Below, piece by piece: positions 24,868 to 36,200 of a DNA stretch of 64,000 nt. Every line of letters begins with the position of its first letter. Positions within the stretch are counted from its first letter, which is position 1. The stretch comes from Amoebophrya sp. A120 (taxonomy: Eukaryota; Protista; Dinoflagellata): positions 558,001 to 622,000 of the forward strand of contig CAJINV010000020.1 in assembly GCA_905178155.1 (NCBI GenBank). The letters run 5' to 3'. The notes below the pieces were generated by a model. It was not told the origin of the DNA, searched no databases, and saw only the letters and a program-made list of their open reading frames with translations. Made by a program: the position numbers and the translations under genes.

Positions 24868-27790
24868 ATGGCCAAGCTTCGGGGTACCACATTCTCCTCA
24901 TTGACACCAGCAGCCGGTAATGGAAAGCATATTATCGGGGACGACGAGATATTTAGTTACCCACCAGTACTTCTAGGGGGTACAGCTATCCGCAATGTAG
25001 CAACATCAGATTCTTCGACTGCGGCATCCACGGGTACTAGTACGAGAAGCAAGATGCCGGCTGGTGGAGTATTAGGCGCAGGTAGTACCAGTACGTCGAG
25101 CTCCGTGTTGAAAAATGGAGCGAGCGGGGCAACCGGGAACACGAATAAACGTCAGCACCTGGATCCGCTGGACCCGCAAGTGGCTGCGGAAATCCCGTCC
25201 TTCGGCGAATGGTTTGACTGGCAAGAGGACGCGGATATTCTTGCCGACAATGTTGGGGACGAAACTTCAAAGAAGTCCGACTTGCCGGACAGTGTAATGA
25301 AGGAGATCATGCTCTCCTGGAGACTCAGAAAACCGTATGTTTTGTTGAATTCTGTTTCTTAATGAAATTTTTCGTTTCGAGGAGGTGTCGTTGTGCTGAC
25401 CTAAAGAAGTTTTTTGTGGTCCACAACAAACCAAAAATGAGGCTGGAATTATAAAAATGGTGCACTTGTTCGTTCATAAATTAATCACCACCTCCAGGTA
25501 CCTGATCTACTGTTGCATTCTTGGCGTGGCGTCCTTCGCTCTGCTCCTATTGACCGCGTATTCCAACATGTCCAGAAGCACGCAACAGGGAGGAGGTGCT
25601 GGTGCTGGCACCGGTACAACTGTTAGCGCGGTGGAACAACAGCAGCACCAGTCCTCCACCTCCAGCAATATTAAACTGCAGCCACACTACCACTGGGCAC
25701 TGGAGCTGGCGGAGATTATCATCGGCCTTTGCCTGGTCGTGGAAACGCTCGTCACCTGGTACACCCTGGGCAACCGCGCCTTCTTCGCGTCCCGGTGGTG
25801 CAGGTTCGATTTCGCGGTCAGCTTGGGGACCACGTGGATCGTATGAATTGTAAAAATGTCTGGGTGTGGTTCTGGAAGATTGCCAGATTTGTCATGCAGG
25901 TTTTCCATGACCCATGAGGTCTCGTATGTAGGACCCAGCGTGACAGATTCTGCGAGACCTTTCTAATGCCTGCTAACCTGCATGGGAAACTGCCTCTCGA
26001 TTAGGTCAAAAGTGCACAGCTTTTGGCAATCACGCAACACAGTTTTTTGCCTGATTCAGATTTAGCATGACAAGTCGCAACCATCCAGATCCAGACATGT
26101 TTGTAGTTGATAGATCGTGTTGCTGGAGTCCTGGGACCGGTTTGATTTCATCGAGGAGTACTTTGAAATGCCGATTTTGATCCTGCGGTTCGGCCTGCAA
26201 CCGCTGCGGTTGATCCAGACCGCGCACATTATCCGCAAAGCGAGGCAGATGCAAATCACGCAAAACAGCACACGGATTTTCTGGGAAAAGCTGCCCACGG
26301 AAGAGCCGCACTTTTCTTCGTCAACATCATCCTCTTCGGCGATGCATTCAGCCTCGTCGGGGATGAACAACAACAAAACGCTTTTCCGCGGCATGATCGG
26401 CGCGAAGTTTTTCTCTTCTGCTGGAGACGCGTCCTATGAGTACGAGCAGGTCGTTCCTGGGAACTCCAGTGGCAGACACGCGCCCAGCGACGTAGAGCCG
26501 GATGGCACGGGGCGGAGTCTGTTTTCCGCGACATCTGCATCAAGTGCTGGTCAGCACAAAAATAACTACCACCGAGGTCAACAACATCTGTTCAGCGACC
26601 ACCACGATATTACGAGGAGTGCGTCCTCCAGTAAGGACTCGCTTTCGACGCACCAGAGTCATGTGGGAAAAATTGTGGAGCTGCAAGAGGTAGTTGTGTC
26701 GTCAGCTTCCACTCCCCCAACGGTGGGCCCTGCTTCTTCTTCAAAAGGTGGCTTTTTTCTTGGCAGTTCAAGTTCTTCTGCTGGTGCAACTTCTACTGCA
26801 AGAAACAACAACGCTAAAGTAGAACACTACTCGTTTTCAGGTCCGGGGCCGTTCTTGAGCGGCGGCATCGAACACCAGGATCTCCTCGGGGCGGGGTCAG
26901 CTTCGAGTCCGGTGCAAGCTGAGCAGGACGACGGGCAGCACTGCAGCTTCCGGGCGTTTTTACCCGCGCTCATCGAGTTTCTGCCCCTGACGCTGCGGTT
27001 CGCAGAGTGGAGGTTACTTTTCAAGCCCCAAGTCCACGGGTTTTCGCACTTTCGCTTTCTCAAACTGCTGGAGGAGCACGACGGGGCGGTGGTGCTGCTG
27101 GTGCGCGACTCGCAAGGCTGCGTGTTCGGTGCATTCACCGAGCGGCTGAAACCACACTCGGAGCACAGGGAGCTCTCCTTTGTGTTTACATTTGGGAAAC
27201 AAGATACTAGTTTAGCTTCACCTCCGGGATCTACATCGTCCACCAACAGTCGCGTAAGTAGCGGCCGGCGCCAGCAGCACGCACACTTGAGTATCGAGAT
27301 CGAGGATGATAGCGGAGATACTACAGGAGCTACGTCTAGTAGTAGGCCTCCCGCAGCAACAGTCGCTTCTGATTCATTTCATACGACCGCGCCGGCGCTG
27401 CCTGGAAGTCCGCAGTTTGTCGCCGCCAGCCTGTTGAAGACCAACAAGAATTTTTCCCCGGGTACTAGTACTTCCTTCCTTCCGGGAGACCACCAAAATG
27501 CTGCATTCGCGCCGAGAATCCGCGTCGGATTCTACAACAGCGTGCCCGACCTCACGTCGAGTGCTTCGCAAAATCGCGTGGTCGGCCGAAGCACTTCCAA
27601 GGGAAACGAGCTACCGGCGGTCCTCTTCGAAGAGTCTCTGTTGTGCTTCGGGGAGGCCCTGATCCTGCAGATCGACCATTTGCTGCGCGGTGCGTCCAAG
27701 CCCTGCGCAGCGTACGGACTGAGCGAGGCCCTGACGGCGACGCAAGACTTCGTCATCCAAGACCTTGAGCTGTGGCGGTTCGAGAACTAG
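24868..27790 (+). CDS. Voltage-sensor-like 4-TM domain fused to a C-terminal TLDc domain; exons 24868-25334, 25498-25841, 26118-27790
   Basis: GT-AG intron 25335-25497 and introner 25842-26112. TM motifs LCLVVE, FFASRWCRFDFAV, LILRFGLQPLRL. TLDc motifs WRLLF..HGFS, VLLVRDSQGCVFGAF, SFVFTF, G.SKPC.AY, FVIQDLELW. Confidence 0.8.
25842..26112. mobile_element. Introner element, family A, inverted relative to 18245-18554
   Basis: tatgaattgtaaaaatgtctgg ... ccagacatgtttgtagttgata; direct repeat gatcg; interior is the reverse complement of the 18245 copy's interior. Confidence 0.9.
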
Positions 27791-28631
27791 GGTGGAAACT
27801 AGAGTTTTCGACGATATCGATATGGACGTGGTGGAATCTATCATGCCGCTTCTAGAAGTCAGTACGCATGTTTATGTCGCGTTGACGGCACCAGGAGCAA
27901 CGAGTAGCACTTTTGAAGTCACGATTTTGAACAATAACAAACCCTTCGCCGAAGTTCTTGTGTTTGATGCAATAAAAAGCAAGCACTACTAGGATGACCT
28001 TCGCGCGGTTCGTTCTACCAATGCAAAACAGGTGCAGGTGGCGTTTCCACCACTGCAAAACAGGTGATTCTTTCCACCAATGCAAAACTTATAGCAACTA
28101 CCTAGGCTTTTCGTCTTCTTGCTGTTTCTTTTCACTTCGCTTGTCATTCTATCCCTCCGGTTTCCTGTCAGTGTACTATAAAAGATGCAAGATTTGGACT
28201 TACTTGAAGTTGAAGCTAAGTAACAAGACTGAGCTGTTTCTCCTACTTGAGCGAGAGTAGTCTTCACTCTGTTTATCCAGTAGCAAAGATTGTATCTCTG
28301 GTCTTCATCTTGCTGAGAGAGCGAGCGCAATGTTGACGAGTGAGCATTTTTATATTCACGATGCTGTAGTTTCGGAGCTCTTTTTACGGCTTTCAAAATA
28401 AACCTGAATTTTCGACAATTCTAAAAAAAGCGTGTGAGTTCTTCAATTAACATAGTTGTTGGCTGTGAGTGCAATGACCGCTCGGCCGGCGTTCTGTTTA
28501 AGCATTTCTTCCGATGTGAATGTGATGAAACGTTAAATTGGGGCATTTGCTTGCCTTACACGAAACTCAAATCTATTCTTAAATCACGAGCTCTGTGAGG
28601 CACAACACCAAGAAAAGAGCAGCCCTTCGCA

Positions 28632-29434
28632 ATGTTGTCTCGTTTTCTCTCTTCAGCCTCCCGACCAGGAGGGCCGTCGCTGCGCTCGTTGCAGCTGCCC
28701 TTCGGGACGAATGGTGCTAATTTTACCGCCCGGTCCGCCGCGTCCAGGGAGGCAGTGTTGCGGTACTTGAAGCAGACGAGCGACGGTGCGGCGAAGCGCT
28801 TTTTTGCCTCCGCCGAGGCCCGGGCGCACAGCGGACAGGTGCTGGGGAATCCGCGGGGGCTGAGCACGTTCGGCGTCGGGTCTCGGGGCGGAAGAAACAG
28901 TCCGGATTGGAGTTTGCACCTGGTGGGCGGTTGCTTCACTGCCTGGTTCGCGATGGGCGGGGTGTCGGGGGTCGCGTTGGGAAACGCAGCGGTCGATGTC
29001 ACCCTGCACGATACCTATTACGTCGTCGGACACTTCCACATTATCATGGTATAGATACGAGTAAGTGAACTTCTTCTACGAATGCGAATCAATCTACAAA
29101 CACGTTTTGTCTACTGGTACAGCTACAGTAGTTCGCTGCAGGAGACGGAGATTACAGCGACAAGAAATTATTCGCGGACGTTCCATCATGTTAGTTATAG
29201 TTTGTCGAATGACGTGGTTTGTGGTTAACTCACTGTGCACGACATGGCCTTGCTGATTCAAATAACCCCCAGGTGAGTACCATCGCCCTGGCTATCGGGC
29301 TTGCCAACGCCGCAATTTTCGGGCCGGCAATCACGGTTTCAGCGGCGCGCGCTCTACCAACCACCACCAAGCGTGTGACGAGCCATCTTTTGGCCAAAGG
29401 TGCGAAAGGCGTAAACGGAATTCCCAAGATTTAG
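28632..29434 (+). CDS. cox1: Nucleus-encoded cytochrome c oxidase subunit 1 fragment (helices IX-X) with mitochondrial presequence; exons 28632-29048, 29273-29434
   Basis: [32 protein letters not shown] matches the COX1 signature GG.TG..L....[14 protein letters not shown]-terminus [11 protein letters not shown] is R/S-rich. Inferred GT-AG intron 29049-29272 continues the helix (HFHIIM|[11 protein letters not shown]). Confidence 0.88.
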
Positions 29435-30242
29435 CTGGATCCTACTTCAACTTCTAGGTCGTGTATGACACTTCTGACCCGACAAGCTGCCTATCGTAAA
29501 GCTCAAATAAAGCAGAAGGCGGAAGTCTGAGTTATCGTGCTCTGTAGTTGTACCACCACACCTGCTTCCGAGATCATATTAGATGTGGATTCAACGGACG
29601 CGAAGTCGAAAAAAAAAACAACTGAAACTGATTACCCTAGATGAAGTGCCTTCCCCATTTTTGGGGTAGAAATGAAGTACATGTAGTACCCTGGTGCACA
29701 AGATTTTAGCAGATGAGGCATTGTGATGTTTATGTCTTCACGCGGCCGCGGCGCTCCCAGTTGTTCATGTTCATTTTCAGCCAAGGTCAAAAGACAAGCA
29801 ACCGCCAGAGTACTTTTCTATTAGTCTTAATAGTTCTTTCATCTAGTTGTGTGTACATCATGTTGCGGCCCGATGAAGAACTACCCACATTTATCGGGGC
29901 TCTCATCTCTCCACTAGAATTCTTTCCTCGCCCACTTCTGTGGCTTAACGATCTTCACTTTTTTAGGAGCCCCACCCTGATTGTACATAAATTACCACAT
30001 GATTCTTCTTGGACATCATCACATGCAGGGTCGTGGTGGGATGTGATTTGCAGCTAGTACATCATCTTCTTCGTGGTCATTCCTTGCAGAGGGGTATTAC
30101 TTATAACACGTCTGAGGTTCATCTTGCAGCTGTGCCTTAAGTAGCACTCACATGCGGTCACTTTGCTGCCCGTTGCAGCCGTGTCGTGGTCTTCTTTCTT
30201 GGCAAAAATATTCCTGAACTTATCTCATCAAAATAAAACACA

Positions 30243-33200
30243 ATGCCGCTCGCCGACGCCCCCAGGGAGTTTAAATCTGGCACACTTGTGCTGCGCAACA
30301 AGCGAGACGAAAAGAATGGCAAGGTGGACAACTGGCCGGCGACACACGGTGTGCGCGGGTACGACTTCCTCCAGGTGTACGATAAAACGCCTTGTGTGGT
30401 GAGAATGGTGGTGAACAAACAGATATGCATTGCAAAAGTAATGTCGTACTCGTATAATATGTAAATTGCACCTATGGCTATGCAGCATGACAAATCGAAA
30501 TCTATTTCCTTTCCTGAATATATAGCATTTGAATTTTCTCCTGCTAGTGCGATACTTTTGCAACGCATACCAGACGAAGCTTCCACTCGAAGTCGGGCCA
30601 TGGCACGAGGGGAAAGGACTAAAAGGACGATCTACGTCATTGAAGGACAATATATTTAAAGAATGGGGAAGATACATAAAGAATGGTGTAGGGTTGACAA
30701 ATGGGAAATGGTCATTGGATCAACCTTCCACACTATTCCGAATGCGCAAAGAGACGCAACGGTACGTCCGAGAGAAGTTTCCACACCCGTTCCGGTTATC
30801 CTGTGCAAAAGTATCGCATTCGTATAAATGCAAGTCTTGCATTACAAATTTTTTTCTCAAGGTAAATCTGCATTACAAATTTCAATTCTCATGCTGAGGG
30901 AATTTGTCATGCATTTATACGTCGATCGCAAGAGAACTACGTGAATCGTATGGAAAGTTAAAGAGCGTAAAAGTTAAAAAGTTATGTTGTAGTTCTTGTC
31001 GTAGCGTCTTTTCGTATCTCTCAGTTCTCACTTCGGTCTACGTTGCAGAATCTATCATAAAAATTGGCTCGGTAAAAGATGTACGTGAAACCAAAATGGA
31101 AAAGAAAGCAAATTTCAATTGAGCAAACATGTTGAAATCGGTTCGTATCGTGTGCTCGTAGTCCGGAAAGGTAGTTCGTCTCGTCTCTTAGGAATTTTTT
31201 ACTTATTCACACCTCTGCCAGGTGTCAGCCCTGTGCCTACCAAATGGTAGGGGGAGGGCTGTTCTGTTTTTTGCGCTTTTTTGGGCATCATCTGTTGAAG
31301 TCTGCGATGGGAGTTTCCGCGGGTTTAGGTGAGCTAGCACCCACGGAGCTTTACCCGCTGGACCAGGATTCTCCCATGCGAGCACCTTCTTCGTTCCTCC
31401 AGGCTTTTCTCGGCGTCCTTGGTCGGACGCCCCTGTTCTTGGTTGAAGTTGGACCCCGTGTGGCGGTAGCAGCTTCTTCTTTGCCCTGCCTTAGTAGCTC
31501 GAGCCTCGTTGCACTTCGTAAACTCTGCTCTTCGTAAAAGTGAAGTCGTCTGGTGCTTTGTTGTCTTACCTTAGTACGGTAACCCCTTTCCCCGCCTGTG
31601 TAAGAAGCATTAGCTTCCCATGTCCCCTTGCGTTTCTCGGCTAAACAGTTATTCGGTTATTCTTCTTCTAATGTTTACTTCAGTTGCTTTTCATTTATCA
31701 GCTTTAGTAGGGCATGATGCCAAAAGGGACGGACTGCCCTTAGAGCTCCCATGTCATGAAGAGTGCGCTATTGCTGTGGTGGCAGTAATTAAGCGGCTCT
31801 ACATTCTTCCTTTCAAAAAATCACAGGGATTAAGTGAAAGCATTTCGTTCGTCGTACCCAAAGTCTCTCGACCTGTCGTACCGTTACACGTTTAAAGTTG
31901 CGTCATTTTTAGTACCGTGAAAATCGTAGACCGTGACAAAGGGCAACTAAAGAATTATATCTAAAAAGGACCACTGCGAACAAAGCGTTAAAGGGTAAAT
32001 TGCATTTGCCGGGTCGTACAAGCACCGACGGGTCGTATACACACCGGGTCAAAACGGGTGGTATGTAAGCCGAATGAGACGTGGATTTGGAACAACATCT
32101 ACCGCCTACGACCATACCAAGAGCAGTTTTTTCCACGACAAGTATCATCACGCCACAAATGACATCTACGGAACCACATGTGACTGCTGCGGCACAGCAT
32201 CATTTCGACGCACCGAACCAAGCACAGGACGATATTTCTAACCCCTTACCGATCCTACCTTCACCACCACCTGCACCTTATCTACATCGGGAAAGCCCGC
32301 GCTGTCTCCCTCTCACAACACAGGAGCAACCTCGGTCGACTAGGCAGTGCTCCGGAGTCCGGGCCTCAGTTTCAAATAACGGATTGAGATCTTCCTGGGC
32401 ACCGCTTGATTCTCTTCGCACGGATTGGAAAAAAGGTTCTTGCCAAGATGGCGATGGACAGGTAACAACACCTCGTCCACAACCTGCGACACGCCTACCG
32501 ATTCGCTTCTTGTCATCGGATTCACAAGTGGATCGTTGCAGCTGGAGTACAGGAAAGGAGTATTGGGCGTTCGGTTGGGGTACTCTCCGCTGGCATTACG
32601 ACTTCTACCGCGGGACGTGGCGGTACGAAGACTCGATTGATCGGGCTAACCACGAGCTACACTACTGGGAGGATGCGGGCTTTGTGGTCGAAAACGGAGA
32701 AATTCGGCCACGCTCGTAGTTCTACGTTTTACAAACTCTAGCTGGTTTACAGCTCAAAATTAGATAGAAGTGCGCTAACACTGGGCTTTAAAATGGTTTC
32801 ATCCGACATGCGACCCCAGCCTGACACTCAGCGCCAAAACCAGATTACGTCTAGCCCGAATGCTGCAGACTTCCCAGAGGTTATTAGCATTACACCTTCG
32901 TCCTCCGCATTACAGCTTCTGAAAAAACCATCCAGACCGCTGCTGCCAAACCCTCCTCGCGAAAACTTCCTCCACGCCGTGAGCAACTCGATAGTAGCTG
33001 TAGCGGAATACTGTGATGTGCAACAATTGTACACGAGCGACATCTTCGCCATTAAAACTGAGTACAAGAGCGAAGAGCTGCCGGTGGCCTGGATGGCGGA
33101 TTTCACGATACCGCTTCAGATGAAGTATGCGTCATTCAAAAAACACGTCCTCGACCCGAATGCTTGGTGCTCTGATCGCCTTAGGCCCGACGTTTTTACT

Positions 33201-36200
33201 CTCGACAGAGAGCACATGCTCCAGTGCTGTCGAGCGGCCAAGGGAAACCCGTGCAGCCTTTGCTCGTCGGCCTCCCCTGATCGTTTTCTACAAGTAAACG
33301 GCAAGCTACTAGAAGTCCGGGCAAGAGAACAAAGGTCGTGTGACGAGGCCGGTAACACTAGCCTCATCTACCTGCGCCGGTGCAGTTGCGGGTTGACGTA
33401 CGTAGGTAAGGCCCATACGGGTGCGGGGGCCGGAACGCGCTTCCACGCACACGCCAATAACGGTGAACGGGTAACGCTGGAATCCGAGGGTCGCCCGATG
33501 TACGATCATCAGAGGTTGTACTTGAGCCATGCGGTTACCACGGACATCAGTCGGAGAGGCCCGGGGCGGTGAAGTCGACTAAATATTTTCTATATTTTGC
33601 GGGATTTTTGAAAAATGAAAAGAACGGGGAGTGCGGCGCTGCCTGCGGCGCCACGGTTGGCAGGGACGCCATGTGTCCGGGCACCGCGGGGGTTTGGGCG
33701 CATTGCCTCCCGTCCGTGTGCCCGGCGGCAGTGTTTCCCCCCTGGTGTTCTCGCGTTGCCTTGCGAAAAAATTAAAATTTAAAAATTGGCAGCGTTTTGA
33801 GTGGTATTGCGTGTGCTAGGAGTTTCCCAATCCCGCAGCCTCGTGGGTTCCTCTGTGTTCATTTCCGATCGCACACACCGGGGAAGGTGTGCGTGGTGGG
33901 TTGTCCGTATTCTGCCTCCCGGGCGTGAGGTTGTTTCCAACATCGCGCTGACTTTCGTGAGTCAGTGCGATTTTGGGAAGGGATTGGGATATGTTTGAGT
34001 TGTCCGTCGGAAGGAAAGGTCGTGGGGCTTCGCGACCGACCTTCGGCAAGATCCGCGGTCGGGGTCGCGCAACGACCTTTCCTGCGGGAAAACCACCTTC
34101 CGGACCAACTCCGTTTTGATTTAGAGTCACCGGGGGGTGCATTTTCGGGAACGATTCCCGTGTTTTCGGGAATTTCGCCCGGTTTCGGGGTGGTCTGCTA
34201 AACCGTTTTCCCGCACGGTTTAGCAGGCTCATTTAGCATGCTGATTTAGCATGCGATTTAGCATGCTGATTTAGCATGCCAGATAGAGGGGTATTTAGAG
34301 CCCCCATTTAGCACCCCCATTTAGCACCCCCATTTAGAGGGGTGCATTTAGAGCCCCCATTTAGCACCCCCATTTAGAAGGGCTCGATTTAGAGCCCCCA
34401 TTTAGCACCCCCATTTAGAAGGGGTCGATTTAGAGCCCCCATTTAGCACCCCCATTTAGAGTGCCATTTAGAGCGCTTTTGGGCAGGTGCCCACCTCGTC
34501 TGCGAAATCGGCCCCATGATTTGCTTCTCCCCACCCCGCGACGCTTCTCCGGGTTTTTCCCCACCCGCAGTGCGTAGGGGGCCGCGCCGGAGTTTCTCCT
34601 ATGTCTTCTCTTCCTCGGTCCCACACCATTTGCCTCTGTGTTCCCCATTTCGTCTTTGCCTTTTTCCTTCTCGCCCCTTTTCAATTGAGGCGCCGTCCGC
34701 ATATTCCCCGGGAAGGCCGTTTTTGAAAAATCCCGCAAAATTTAGAAGCGATTTAGCAGCCACCACCGCCCCGGCCCCTCCGCCTGACGGACATCTTGTT
34801 CAGCATGGACAAAGTGGAAGCAAACCGCACGGCTACGCTTCCAGACGGCTCCACGATGTCACAAATAGATGCGTGGGAGTCGTTTTGGATAATCGTACTC
34901 CGGACGTATCTACCATGGGGTTTCAACTTAGAATTCAAGGACGTCACACATCCTTCGGCCCCTCGACGCCGCCCGAACCCCGAAGACTGCTCCAGCATGT
35001 GCCGACTTCTCTCCGAACAAGGGGACGTACTAAAAGTGCAGCGGCTACAACGTAACCTCAAGCGCTACGTGGCAGCGAAGCACGCGGGCAACCCAAACTT
35101 CTTCCCGACTGCTTTTCCTCCTTCCCGACACGGTGCAGTTGGTTCCGACCAGCATGACACCCACCAGAAGCGGTCACAGAGCGGACTCCTCGCGGACGCA
35201 TCGGGAATCCAGTGCACACAAGATGTAGAATGCACACTCCCCGGCGTGCAGTGCACGCAAGATGAGGGATTCCTACGCCCGAGCATACCGTGCCCGCAAG
35301 AGGAAGGGATTCTTTGTACGCAAGAGCGCGACGATCTGCTACCGGTTAGCTCCCATCCGTTGAAAACTGATGGCCAGTTGGTGGAGTTCTTTGTCGGCAA
35401 ACGCAAAGCACAGCGTGTAGTTTTGGAGGCCCCGGATCTGAAGCGTCGCAGTATAGTTCCTGCGGCCCATCCTCCTCGTTTAAGACCTTGCAGATTGTCT
35501 GACCGGCCTCGATTAGTAGAACTTCCAGCTACAGCGAAGACTCCGTTGCTACCAGTAGACCCGGCAGTAACTCCATCCCGCAAGAGCAGCATGGTTCAAG
35601 AACTTTTTCGCAAAAAGTTCAGTATGGTACGGGGAAGCGAAGATCGGAAAGCGGCGCAAAGCATGATTTTCACCCCGATGGCAAAAGAGTCTCCCCGCCC
35701 AGACCAGTCTAGCGCTCTAGCGGTCGCTTCTTCCACTAACCTCCTTCGCAAGCACCCAGACGAGGCATACACCACGAAACTTCCCAGCAACAGCTCCGAA
35801 GTTAAGAAGATACTTCTTGCAATAGTCTGGCTATTTTTTGCACTGGACCCCCCGCAGGACTTCGCGTCATCAGGACGGTGGCTGCCGGTGAAGTCGTGGC
35901 ATATCGGGGCTGCCAAGTTCAATACAATCTCTTGGCTCCTGAAGATTATTGCGGGCTGCAGCAAACAACTTCTCCGAGCGCTACGCCTCCACCTAACGAC
36001 GGCTTACGTGCTTCCGCAGCAGCAGTTGTTTTTGCTTCAGGAATTAGTAGAAAGCCGATTACGACTTACGAAAGTCGGTGGGGAAAAACAGTCGCGGGAC
36101 GGTAAAAAAGCTGTTATATTCTTCTACCACAACAAAGTCGTCGACGTGCTCAACTTGCGGTCCACCTTCCGCCAGGTGTTGAATGATAGATTCCTCGCAT

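Noticed and set aside
28632-29054. NUMT or pseudogene interpretation of the cox1 match
   Set aside because: GC-rich nuclear-style codons, an intact presequence-like leader and a plausible spliceosomal intron argue against a raw mitochondrial insertion.
34219-34472. CRISPR array or telomeric repeat
   Set aside because: Units are 12-14 bp without unique spacers, are not TTTAGGG arrays, and lie inside a MITE.
35205-35330. Short peptide repeat (IQCTQD/VQCTQD/ILCTQE) in the retroelement ORF as a separate insertion
   Set aside because: It is an in-frame degenerate tandem duplication with no element ends.
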